From contig NC_043008.1 in NCBI RefSeq assembly GCF_006345805.1, forward strand, positions 14,508,001 to 14,572,000: a stretch of 64,000 nucleotides of DNA, in the 5' to 3' direction. Below the pieces are notes generated by a model. That model was not told the DNA's origin. It saw nothing but the letters and a program-made list of their open reading frames with translations, and made no database searches. Numbering within the stretch: the stretch's first letter is position 1; each line of letters opens with the position of its first letter. Of this stretch, positions 26,301 through 38,240 are shown in pieces. Source of the DNA: Octopus sinensis. Taxonomy: Eukaryota. Made by a program: the position numbers and the translations under genes.

Positions 26301-29300
26301 TGGCCTATGCCAATGTCACATAACCAGCCCATTTAAGCAATATGCTCTGCTTGAGAAGACCCAGCAAGCCAAGTAAGGCTGTGGCCTATGCCAATGTCAC
26401 ATAACCAGCCCATTTAAGCAATATGCTCTGCTTGAGAAGAGACCCAGCAAGCCAAGTAAGGCTGTGGCCTATGCCAATGTCACATAACCGGCCCATTTAA
26501 GCAATATGCTCTGCTTGAGAAGACCCAGCAAGCCAAGTAAGGCTGTGGCCTATGCCAATGTCACATAACCAGCCCATTTAAGCAATATGCTCTGCTTGAG
26601 AAGACCCAGCAAGCCAAGTAAGGCTGTGGCCTATGCCAATGTCACATAACCAGCCCATTTAAGCAATATGCTCTGCTTGAGAAGACCCAGCAAGCCAAGT
26701 AAGGCTGTGGCCTATGCCAATGTCACATAACCAGCCCATTTAAGCAATATGCTCTGCTTGAGAAGACCCAGCAAGCCAAGTAAGGCTGTGGCCTATGCCA
26801 ATGTCACATAACCAGCCCATTTAAGCAATATGCTCTGCTTGAGAAGACCCAGCAAGCCAAGTAAGGCTGTGGCCTATGCCAATGTCACATAACCAGCCCA
26901 TTTAAGCAATATGCTCTGCTTGAGAAGACCCAGCAAGCCAAGTAAGGCTGTGGCCTATGCCAATGTCACATAACCAGCCCATTTAAGCAATATGCTCTGC
27001 TTGAGAAGACCCAGCAAGCCAAGTAAGGCTGTGGCCTATGCCAATGTCACATAACCGGCCCATTTAAGCAATATGCTCTGCTTGAGAAGACCAGCAAGCC
27101 AAGTAAGGCTGTGGCCTATGCCAATGTCACATAACCGGCCCATTTAAGCAATATGCTCTGCTTGAGAAGACCCAGCAAGCCAAGTAAGGCTGTGGCCTAT
27201 GCCAATGTCACATAACCGGCCCATTTAAGCAATATGCTCTGCTTGAGAAGACCCAGCAAGCCAAGTAAGGCTGTGGCCTATGCCAATGTCACATAACCAG
27301 CCCATTTAAGCAATATGCTTGCTTGAGAAGACCCAGCAAGCCAAGTAAGGCTGTGGCCTATGCCAATGTCACATAACCAGCCCATTTAAGCAATATGCTC
27401 TGCTTGAGAAGACCAGCAAGCCAAGTAAGGCTGTGGCCTATGCCAATGTCACATAACCAGCCCATTAAGCAATATGCTCTGCTTGAGAAGACCCAGCAAG
27501 CCAAGTAAGGCTGTGGCTATGCCAATGTCACATAACCAGCCATTTAAGCAATATGCTCTGCTTGAGAAGACCCAGCAAGCCAAGTAAGGCTGTGGCCTAT
27601 GCCAATGTCACATAACCGGCCCATTTAAGCAATATGCTCTGCTTGAGAAGACCCAGCAAGCAAGTAAGGCTGTGGCCTATGCCAATGTCACATAACCAGC
27701 CCATTTAAGCAATATGCTCTGCTTGAGAGACCCAGCAAGCCAAGTAAGGCTGTGGCCTATGCCAATGTCACATAACCAGCCCATTTAAGCAATATGCTCT
27801 GCTTGAGAAGACCAGCAAGCCAAGTAAGGCTGTGGCCTATGCCAATGTCACATAACCAGCCCATTTAAGCAATATGCTCTGCTTGAGAGAAGACCCAGCA
27901 AGCCAAGTAAGGCTGTGGCCTATGCCAATGTCACATAACCGGCCCATTTAAGCAATATGCTCTGCTTGAGAAGACCCAGCAAGCCAAGTAAGGCTGTGGC
28001 CTATGCCAATGTCACATAACCGGCCCATTTAAGCAATATGCTCTGCTTGAGAAGACCCAGCAAGCCAAGTAAGGCTGTGGCCTATGCCAATGTCACATAA
28101 CAGCCCATTTAAGCAATATGCTCTGCTTGAGAAGACCCCCAGCAAGCCAAGTAAGGTGTGGCCTATGCCAATGTCACATAACCAGCCCATTTAAGCAATA
28201 TGCTCTGCTTGAGAAGACCCAGCAAGCCAAGTAAGGCTGTGGCCTATGCCAATGTCACATAACCGGCCCATTTAAGCAATATGCTCTGCTTGAGAAGACC
28301 CAGCAAGCCAAGTAAGGCTGTGGCCTATGCCAATGTCACATAACCAGCCCATTTAAGCAATATGCTCTGCTTGAGAAGACCCAGCAAGCCAAGTAAGGCT
28401 GTGGCCTATGCCAATGTCACATAACCAGCCCATTTAAGCAATATGCTCTGCTTGAGAAGACCCCCAGCAAGCCAAGTAAGGCTGTGCCTATGCCAATGTC
28501 ACATAACCAGCCATTTAAGCAATATGCTCTGCTTGAGAAGACCCAGCAAGCCAAGTAAGGTTGTGGCCTATGCCATGTCACATAACCAGCCCATTTAAGC
28601 AATATGCTCTGCTGAGAAGACCCAGCAAGCCAAGTAAGGTTGTGGCCTATGCCAATGTCACATAACCAGCCCATTTAAGCAATATGCTCTGCTTGAGAAG
28701 ACCCAGCAAGCCAAGTAAGGCTGTGCCTATGCCAATGTCACATAACCACCCATTTAAGCAATATGCTCTGCTTGAGAAGACCCAGCAGCCAAGTAAGGTT
28801 GTGGCCTATCCAATGTCACATAACCAGCCATTTAAGCAATATGCTCTGCTTGAGAAGACCCAGCAAGCCAAGTAAGGCTGTGGCTATGCCAATGTCACAT
28901 AACCAGCCCATTTAGCAATATGCTCTGCTTGAGAAGAACCCAGCAAGCCAAGTAAGGCTGTGGCCTATGCCAATGTCACATAACCAGCCCATTTAAGCAA
29001 TATGCTCTGCTTGAGAAGACCCAGCAAGCCAAGTAAGCTGTGGCCTATGCCAATGTCACATAACCAGCCCATTTAAGCAATATGCTCTGCTTGAGAAGAC
29101 CCAGCAAGCCAAGTAAGGCTGTGGCCTATGCCAATGTCACATAACCGGCCCATTTAAGCAATATGCTCTGCTTGAGAAGACCCAGCAAGCCAAGTAAGGC
29201 TGTGGCCTATGCCAATGTCACATAACCAGCCATTTAAGCAATATGCTCTGCTTGAGAAGACCCAGCAAGCCAAGTAAGGCTGTGGCCTATGCCAATGTCA

Positions 29301-31118
29301 CATAACCAGCCCATTTAAGCAATATGCTCTGCTTGAGAAGACCCAGCAAGCCAGTAAGGCTGTGGCCTATGCCAATGTCACATAACCAGCCCATTTAAGC
29401 AATATGCTCTGCTGAGAAGACCCAGCAAGCCAAGTAAGGCTGTGCCTATGCCAATGTCACATAACCACCCATTTAAGCAATATGCTCTGCTTGAGAAGAC
29501 CCAGCAAGCCAAGTAAGGCTGTGGCCTATGCCAATGTCACATAACCAGCCCATTTAGCAATATGCTCTGCTTGAGAAGACCCAGCAAGCCAAGTAAGGCT
29601 GTGGCCTATGCCAATGTCACATAACCAGCCCATTTAAGCAATATGCTCGGCTTGAGAAGACCCAGCAAGCCAAGTAAGGTTGTGGCCTATGCCAATGTCA
29701 CATAACCAGCCCATTTAAGCAATATGCTCTGCTTGAGAAGACCCAGCAAGCCAGTAAGGCTGGGCCTATGCCAATGTCACATAACCAGCCCATTTAAGCA
29801 ATATGCTCTGCTTGAGAAGACCCAGCAAGCCAAGTAAGGCTGTGGCCTATGCCAATGTCACATAACCAGCCCATTTAAGCAATATGCTCTGCTTGAGAAG
29901 ACCCAGCAAGCCAAGTAAGGTTGTGGCCTATGCCAATGTCACATAACCAGCCCATTTAAGCAATATGCTCTGCTTGAGAAGACCCAGCAAGCCAAGTAAG
30001 GTTGTGGCCTATGCCAATGTCACATAACCAGCCCATTTAAGCAATATGCTCTGCTTGAGAAGACCCAGCAAGCCAAGTAAGGCTGTGGCCTATGCCAATG
30101 TCACATAACTGGCCCATTTAAGCAATATGCTCTGCTTGAGAAGACCCAGCAAGCCAAGTAAGGCTGTGGCCTATGCCAATGTCACATAACCAGCCCATTT
30201 AAGCAATATGCTCTGCTTGAGAAGACCCAGCAAGCCAAGTAAGGCTGTGGCCTATGCCAATGTCACATAACCAGCCCATTTAAGCAATATGCTCTGCTTG
30301 AGAAGACCCAGCAAGCCAAGTAAGGCTGTGGCCTATGCCAATGTCACATAACCAGCCCATTTAAGCAATATGCTCTGCTTGAGAAGACCCAGCAAGCCAA
30401 GTAAGGCTGTGGCCTATGCCAATGTCACATAACCAGCCCATTTAAGCAATATGCTCTGCTTCAGAAGACCCAGCAAGCCAAGTAAGGCTGTGGCCTATGC
30501 CAATGTCACATAACCAGCCCATTTAAGCAATATGCTCTGCTTGAGAAGACCCAGCAAGCCAAGTAAGGCTGTGGCCTATGCCAATGTCACATAACCAGCC
30601 CATTTAAGCAATATGCTCTGCTTCAGAAGACCCAGCAAGCCAAGTAAGGCTGTGGCCTATGCCAATGTCACATAACCAGCCCATTTAAGCAATATGCTCT
30701 GCTTGAGAAGACCCAGCAAGCCAAGTAAGGCTGTGGCCTATGCCAATGTCACATAACCAGCCCATTTAAGCAATATGCTCTGCTTGAGAAGACCCAGCAA
30801 GCCAAGTAAGGCTGTGGCCTATGCCAATGTCACATAACCAGCCCATTTAAGCAATATGCTCTGCTTGAGAAGACCCAGCAAGCCAAGTAAGGCTGTGGCC
30901 TATGCCAATGTCACATAACCAGCCCATTTAAGCAATATGCTCTGCTTGAGAAGACCCAGCAAGCCAAGTAAGGCTGTGGCCTATGCCAATGTCACATAAC
31001 CAGCCCATTTAAGCAATATGCTCTGCTTGAGAAGACCCAGCAAGCCAAGTAAGGCTGTGGCCTATGCCAATGTCACATAACCAGCCCATTTAAGCAATAT
31101 GCTCTGCTTGAGAAGACC
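20381..31118. repeat. Tandem satellite, 81-bp unit, ~130-135 copies, derived from an RTE 3' UTR
   Basis: Unit GCTTGAGAAGACCCAGCAAGCCAAGTAAGGCTGTGGCCTATGCCAATGTCACATAACCAGCCCATTTAAGCAATATGCTCT; the first two copies start at 20389 and 20470. Flanked by RTE ORF end and RTE tail. Confidence 0.98.
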
Positions 31119-31375
31119 TGTTGAGTCAAGTGAAATCAATGTTGTGGCATAGTCATTGCCAGTGCAGCCTCACTGGCCCCATGCCGGTGGCACATAAAAA
31201 GCACCCACTACACTCTAGGAGTGGTTGCTGTTAGGAAGGGCATCCATCTGTAGAAACCTTGCCAGATCAGATTGGAGCCTCGTGCAGCCTTCCAACTTGC
31301 TAGTCCTCAAACAAACCATCCAACCCATGCCAGCATGGAAAGCAGGCATCAAACGACGATGATGATGATGAGGAG
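31119..31375 (+). mobile_element. 3' tail of the same RTE, resuming after the satellite
   Basis: GGTGGCACATAAAAAGCACCCACTACAC…CCAACCCATGCCAGCATGGAAAG…(GAT)n tail, as in other copies in the window. Confidence 0.9.
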
Positions 31376-32942
31376 GAGGACTAAATACTTGGGTCAATGT
31401 GATCAACTAAACTTGTGAAGGCAGAACTCTAGCATGGCCTCGGTTCAATAACTGAAGCTAATAAAAGGATAATAATATCCTAGAAGTTGAGTCAGTTGAC
31501 TTTACATGTCTCCTTTATAAAACTGAACCCCTAACTAAAGAAACCCTGACCCAAAGGCTTTGGAACAGGGAGTACAAGAGGTGCAAAGGCACCCACTGAA
31601 ATTTTGTGGGATAAGGGGGCCATTAAAAACACTCTGAACTTCCTCAGTTGGAGCTAGGCTTGCATTCCCTGAGCAAATTTCATTTCTGCACTTGGGCCCT
31701 AACTAGGTGTTTTGTGTTTCATCTTGTATTATATGTCATCTTACTTCATTCTTTTTATCATTTATCATTGCAGTGTTACAGACCACTACAGATATTTGGT
31801 ATTTCACATGGCCATTTATCGGTGAAACCATTTCTTCTCCCTCCTAATTGTCAATCGTTTTCCTGTCTCAGACCAAAATTCTATCATAAAAATCAAAGAC
31901 TACTGGTAAGCTATTTTCACTTCACCTTTTCAAAACAGATTTTGACTTTTGGCATAGCTTTGTAGTTAAAATGCTTTGGTTGATGGAAACTGAAAGAAGC
32001 CCGTCATATATATTTATGTATATGTTTGTCCCCCTACCCACCATCACTTGACAACCGATGTTGGTATGTCTACATCCCTATAACTTAGCGGTTCAGCAAA
32101 ATAGATCAATAGGATAAGTACTAGGCTTACAAAGAATAAGTTCTGGGGTTGATTTGTTCAACTAAAGGCCGTGCTCCAGCATGGCCGCAGTCAAATGACT
32201 GAAGCAAATAAAAGTGTAATAGAGTTTACCCCCTCTCTCTCTTTCGGAGAGGCACTGAGCAGCTATACGCACACATACACACACGGCAGTAACTTCCACC
32301 TGCCGAATTCAATCACAAAGCTCCGGTCGGCTCGGGGCTATAGTGGAAGACTCCTACTCAAAGTGCCACGCAGTGGGACTGAACCCGAAACCATGTAGCT
32401 AGGAAGCAAGCTCCCTAAACACACAGCCATGCCCGTGCCTATTTTGAATTAATTTCTATAAAAAAGTTGCTGACACTACTTAGTTCATCCATTTGTCTGT
32501 CCTTGTTTAGCCCCTTATTAGCAGTAAAGAAATAGGTATTTCGTCTGCCGTTATGTTCTGAGTTTAAATTCCGCCGAGGTTGACTTTGCCTTTCATCCTT
32601 TTGGGGTGGGGGGGGTCGATAAATTAAGTACCAATTATGCACTGGGGTCGATGTAATCGACTTAATCCCTTTGTCCTTGTTTGTCCCCTCTGTGTTTAGC
32701 CCCTTGTGGGGTAGTAAAGAAATAGTAATCAACATGCATACACCCTCCCCCACAATTGCTGGCCTTGTGCCAAAATTTAAAAGCAATGTCTAATTCATCC
32801 GCAGGTATTGATTCACGCAGCCTGTCATATCTGAACCATTCATGAGAAGGTGTTGTAACTTGATGCAGTTGTACCATCAGTAATATTGGACTTTGCTGTA
32901 TTTCAATAATGTTTATATATTATCCTATTGTTCTATTCACAG

Positions 32943-33017
32943 ATCCAGCCACCAATCACTTACAACAACAGTCTATCCCACTTGAGGCATTTTTCAAAAG
33001 GAGACTCCTACAACAGT
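32943..33017 (+). CDS. SCO1: Probable SCO exon 2 (IQPPITYNNSLSHLRHFSKGDSYNS)
   Basis: Acceptor TTCACAG|, donor |GTACGT, 75 nt, phase 0-0. Contains an RHFS presequence-cleavage-like motif and joins in frame to PISW of the next exon. Confidence 0.65.
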
Positions 33018-33259
33018 GTACGTATGCTTCATATTATAACTTAAATTTCTTCTCCTCCTCCTATTTTAAACACTTACTCTCTGTGTGTTCCAGTCTTTTA
33101 CGAATGAAAAGTTTGGCAGTCATATTTAATTAGTTTTAACAAGGCAATGCCACTCTGTCTAATTTCTCACCCTCTCTTTCTAGTTTCCTATTATACTATA
33201 TATTATACATGCCGTCCAACCCATGCTAGCATGGAAAGCGGACGTTAAACGATGATGAT

Positions 33260-33725
33260 GATTATATATATATATATATATATATACTATATATTATATA
33301 TATATATATATATTATTATATATATACTATATATATATATATAATATATATATATATATATACTATATATTATATATATATATAATATATTATATATATA
33401 TACTATATATATTATATATATATTATATATATATATATATACTATATATTATATATATACTATATATTATATATATACTATATATTATATATACTATATA
33501 TATATATATATTAATATATATATATATTATATATATACTATATATTATATATATAATATATATATATATATATTATATATATATATATATTATATATATA
33601 TATATATATACTATATATATATATATACTATATATATATATATAATATATATATATATATTATATATATATATATTATATATATACTATAATATATACTA
33701 TATATTATATATATTATACTATATA
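33260..33725. repeat. Degenerate (TA)n low-complexity tract; others at 3140-3260, 7245-7505, 57420-58045
   Basis: Direct reading. Confidence 0.95.
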
Positions 33726-34234
33726 TACATAGTAATTTGGACTATTTGTGAACTAAACCAAACAAAATGAATGGATTGACTGTTGTGTGTTCAAACCCTT
33801 ACCACAGCTCCAGCTGATATGCTTTTGACCAAAGCTCTTATATATCATCATCATCATTTAATGTCTGTTGTCCATGCTGGCATGGGTTGGACGGTTTGAC
33901 CAGAGCTGGCAAGCTGGGGAACTGCATCAAACTCCAGTGTCTTCTTTGGCCTGGTTTCTGTGGCTGGATGCCCTTCCTAATGTCAACCACTTTACAGAGA
34001 GGTGCTGGGAGATTTTACATGGCACCACGCAGGTGCTTTTATCTATAAATATATGTGTGTGTGTGTGTGTGTGTGTTATATATATAGTCATAGAAACCAA
34101 GTGAAAACAGACAATGGAACCTGGTGTGGACTCTGTTCTTGCTAGTTCTTTTCAAGCCATCCAAACCCTGCCAACATTGAAAATGGACATTAAATGTTGA
34201 TGATGGTGATATACATACATACATGTGTTTGTGT

Positions 34235-34270
<36 letters not shown>

Positions 34271-35144
34271 ACGTGTGTGTGTGTTATGGAGATTAGTAAT
34301 GTTCCTACTACCTCCAATGTATTCAGAGGAAGAAAAAGAGTGTGTGTGCATGAGAAAAAGTCAATGTAAATAAAAACCCTTTCACCTTTCTAGTTTAAAT
34401 AATAATAATAATAATAAATGTGCCCTTTTAAAGCCTAGCCAGGCTCATAGGCCCAGTTTCCATGGTGTATGTGTTCCCCAGATGGACGGGATGCCAGTCC
34501 ATCGCAGTGTTACTCATTTTTGCCAGCTGAGTGGACTGGGGCAACTTGAAATGAAATGTTTTGCTCAAGAACACAACACACTGCCTGAGCCAGGAATCGA
34601 AACCATAATCTTACGATCATGATGCTGACATCCTAACCTCTAAGCCACTTGCCTCCACCCTCTAGTTTAAAACTAAACCTTGATAGGAAATCTCTGTCTT
34701 AAGAGTGTCACAAACAGCTGAACATTCTGTATTTAAAAGGCTAATATAGCCTATTAAATCTGTCTTATAAATCACTTTTGTCATCCGAGCTACTTTCATT
34801 GCTGTTAGCTGTTTCTAGGTCATTGCTGTCTGTTCAGCACATCACAGATTTATTTGCTTCAAGTTTCTCACAACAATTCTTAGTCAATGAGTGAATCCTA
34901 AAAAAAAACAATTGACAATAGTGACTTTGTGATGTATTAACTTTCTAAAGGAAAAACGTGTGTGTGTGTGCGTGCTCACTCGTGTGTAAATTACAATTGA
35001 GTATTTCATACCATATCTTTTAGTAGGTACATTATATATTTGCATGTTTAAAAGGTTCAGTACCAGGAAGGGAATCGGACTATAAAACCCTTCCTAGTAA
35101 ATTCCCATACGACCTGCTAAGAAGACAATAACAATGATGATGGA

Positions 35145-35377
35145 CATTATTTACATTCGACGGATATTTGTCCTCATCTTTTCTGTTGTTAACACAACAT
35201 TTCAGCTGATATACCCTCCAGCCTTCATCAGGTGTCTTGGGAAATTTCCTTAGGAATGAGAACCCAGGTTCGAAATTTCCCCCAAGACACCTGAAGAAGG
35301 CTGGAGAGTATATCAGCTGAAACGTTGTGTTAGCAACAAACAAGATGAGGAAAAATATCCGTCGAATGTAAATAATG
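35145..35377. mobile_element. Palindromic (fold-back) Penelope-pLTR-like element; same family at 42676-42978 with 10-bp TSD
   Basis: ~100-bp inverted arms around GGAATGAGAACCCAGG. The second copy is flanked by GATAAATTAA at 42666 and 42979. Confidence 0.75.
35286..35331 (+). ncRNA. Minimal Penelope-type hammerhead motif in a palindromic element
   Basis: GACAC-CTGAAGA-A-GGCTG..CAGCT-GAAA-CG-TT-GTGTT: core intact, GUU triplet, stem III reduced to a palindromic ACGT. Confidence 0.55.
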
Positions 35378-35563
35378 TACATAATTCCTCATCTCTTAAA
35401 TATAGATCTGAATAATGATGGATATGTATATATCTCTCCTGCTCTCTCTTGCTGTCTTCCACTCTCTCTCTCTCTCACACACTCTTGCTCTGGCTGGGTA
35501 CCCATATATCTCCTTTACAGCAGCACACCTGTTTCTGTCCTCATTCTTATTAACACACACACA

Positions 35564-35630
<67 letters not shown>

Positions 35631-35669
35631 TCACTAAGTCTCTGAAAAAAACTTGCAACATTATGAAGA

Positions 35670-36183
35670 CACATTAAACTCTGCTTGCAAAGACCTGTTG
35701 AGGCAAGTGAAATCAAAGTCAAATTCGATGACTGGCATCCGTGCTAGTGGAGCGCTAAGAGCACCATCCGAGCATGATCATTGCCAGAGCAGCTAACTGG
35801 CTTCCGTGCCAGTGGCATGTAAAAAACACCATTCAAGCATGATCGTTACCTGCGTCGCCTTACTAGCATTTGTGCTGGTGGCACATGAAAAAACATTCGA
35901 GCGAGGTCGTTGCCAGTGCTGCTGGACTGGCTCCTGTGCAGGTGGCAGGTAAAAAACACCATTTGAGCATGGCTGTTGCCAGTACCGCCTGACTGGCCCT
36001 CGTGCCGGTGGCACGTGAAAGCACCCACTACACTCTCGGAGTGGTTGGCATTAGGAAGAGCATCCAGCTGTAGAAACTCTGCCAGATCAGATTGGAGCCT
36101 GGTGCAGCCATCTGGTTTGCCAGTCCTCAGTCAAACCATCCAACCCATGCCAGCATGGAAAGCGGACGTTAGACGATGATGAT
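35670..36183 (+). mobile_element. RTE 3' UTR copy; further copies at ~33845-34030(-), 41380-41610, 41955-42330, 48240-48615, 50650-50790(-), 52965-53065(-)
   Basis: Shared GGTGGCACGTAAAAAGCACCCACTACACTC…CCAACCCATGCTAGCATGG…(GAT)n. Confidence 0.85.
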
Positions 36184-36375
36184 ACATTTAACTGCAATTC
36201 AATTATAAAACTGCTTGATGAGTTTTTGTTACAAGACATTAAAACACTTGTGAAATCCAGAAGTTATTTTATTGGTTCTGGCCTTTTCCCTGTCATAAAC
36301 AAATCACTTAGAACCAGATCAATTTTGCTGTATTAAGATATTGATTTTTCTTTGGATGTATTTTCTATTTTTCAG

Positions 36376-36466
36376 CCAATATCATGGAGAACAGTTTTCA
36401 TTACAGCTGCTATTGGTGGTGTATTTACGATGGCAATGTTCTATTTCAAACAAGCAAAAGAGCTAA
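36376..36466 (+). CDS. SCO1: SCO exon: transmembrane anchor (PISWRTVFITAAIGGVFTMAMFYFKQAKEL)
   Basis: TTTCAG| acceptor, |GTAAAT donor, phase 1 end. Matches the SCO1 PVSW...GG...KKEK transmembrane region. Confidence 0.9.
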
Positions 36467-37487
36467 GTAAATATCTAATTACGAATCCTATTATAACATT
36501 TAATTATGATATGGCAGTAAGCTGTTAGAATATCGGCGAGCTGACAGAAACGTTAGCATGCCAGGCAAAATGCTTAGCGGTATTCCGTCTGCCGTTACGT
36601 TCTGAGTTCAAATTCCACCGAGGTCGACTTTGCCTTTCATCTTTTCAGGGGTCAATAAATTAAGTACCAGTTACCACTGGGGTTCGATGTAATCGACTTA
36701 ATCACTTTGTCTGTCCTTGTTTGACCCTTCCGTGTTTAGCCCTTATGGGCAACAAAGAAATAAGAATATCGGACCAAATACTTGACAGTATTTCTTTCTG
36801 TTATTTACAGGTTCTGGGTTCAAATACTGGCATGGTTGACTTTTACCTTTCATTCTTTTGGGTTCGATAAGATAAAGTGCCAATTGAGTACTGTGGTCAC
36901 TGTAATCAAATTTCCCCTCCCCTCAAAAATGTTGGCCATGTGTGAAGATTTAAAATGAATATTTAACCTTTTAACATTCAGATTTCTTCGTCAAATACGT
37001 TGCTTATTTATTCACTTTGATTTGAATTAATCACTCATTAATTACCTTGTAGCTTCGAGATTTCAGTGGTGTGTTTGTATATATTTAGAATTGACATTGT
37101 AGGGTAGGTGTAAGAGGTTGGATCTGGTCAGTCTTTACATAAAATAGGTTGAATATTTGGGCCAGATTTGGCCAATTCTAATGCTAAAGAGTTGAATGAT
37201 TTATAATCGCTATCGAGGCTTTTGAGCCTCATGGAGACAAGGTGGCCGAGTTCCTATCAGGTGTTGGGCCTCACAGATAAGTTTTAACTACAGTAGCATC
37301 CACCCTTACAGGTTAGCCATATTCAAATGGCAAATATGCATCACGATGTGTTACCGCTACTGTTTATAACTCGCTCTGAGATTTATCATTGTTTGATTTC
37401 GCTTTTTCAATATCAGTGTCAATCGACACTGGAAAAAATATATGTATTTGTGAAGGATTCTGACTTCTCGTCGACAACCATGATTGT

Positions 37488-37532
37488 CACACGCTGATGA
37501 AAGGTAAACACCTTGAAACTCGGGTCCGTGTG
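37488..37532 (+). ncRNA. Type I hammerhead ribozyme motif
   Basis: Stem I CACACG/CGTGTG, core CTGATGA, stem II AAGG-TAAACA-CCTT, GAAA, 2-bp stem III with TCGG loop, GTC cleavage triplet (cut after 37526). Stem I extends with bulges to 37444/37577. Confidence 0.85.
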
Positions 37533-37787
37533 TATCATGTGTTGAAGACGGGGAGGATGACTCCCCTTCACAAATACTGAGAGGACACAGATAGTGTGTC
37601 TATAAGCCAGCTGGAGGAGATATCTTCCTGGGGCTATAAACTACAGTAGCATCCACCCTTAGGGGTTAGCCATATTTTAATTTATTGTTATCCTTAATTG
37701 ATAAATTTTATAATTCTAAGTATGTTTTGATTTTGTATTTGCTGTAATGTTTTTTTTTCTTTTTCTTGTTTCTTTTTTTTTTTAAAG

Positions 37788-37985
37788 GATTGGCCAAGGA
37801 AAGAAGTCGACAACTCGGCAAAGCTGCCTTAGGAGGCCCATGGTCTCTCATTGACCACAACAACCAACCTAAGTCTAATAAAGATTTCTTTGGTCAGTGG
37901 GTGTTAATCTATTTTGGTTTCACCCATTGCCCAGACATCTGTCCTGACGAAATCGAGAAAATGGTTCAAGCTGTTGATATGATGG
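37788..37985 (+). CDS. SCO1: SCO exon with copper-binding CxxxC motif (…[10 protein letters not shown]…[24 protein letters not shown]…)
   Basis: Hallmark [11 protein letters not shown] motif. Polypyrimidine/AG acceptor, GTGAGT donor, phases 1-1 consistent with flanking exons. Confidence 0.97.
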
Positions 37986-38240
37986 GTGAGTCACCGAAAC
38001 ATTTCAATTTTATTTCGCACTCAAAGTGAATATTGCATTAGAATGCACAATACTGCATTATTTATAACGAGAGGACATGTACTGCATTAAAGAACTCGTT
38101 TACCTCACTGAACACCAGAACTGTCAGATCATGTGACCTACCTCTTACTTGGGCTTGTCAGTGACAGACAGCCAGCTAGACATAGCAGCCGATTCCTCTG
38201 TCAGTAATATAGAGAATCTATCCCGGTGTTGGTTGCAAGT

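Noticed and set aside
20381-31118. 81-bp array as a CRISPR array or a 27-codon repeat protein
   Set aside because: No unique spacers, eukaryotic context, and the consensus unit has stop codons in all six frames.
32805-32879. Extra SCO coding exon after CCGCAG
   Set aside because: No open frame ends at a phase-0 donor compatible with 32943; it could only be non-coding or cryptic.
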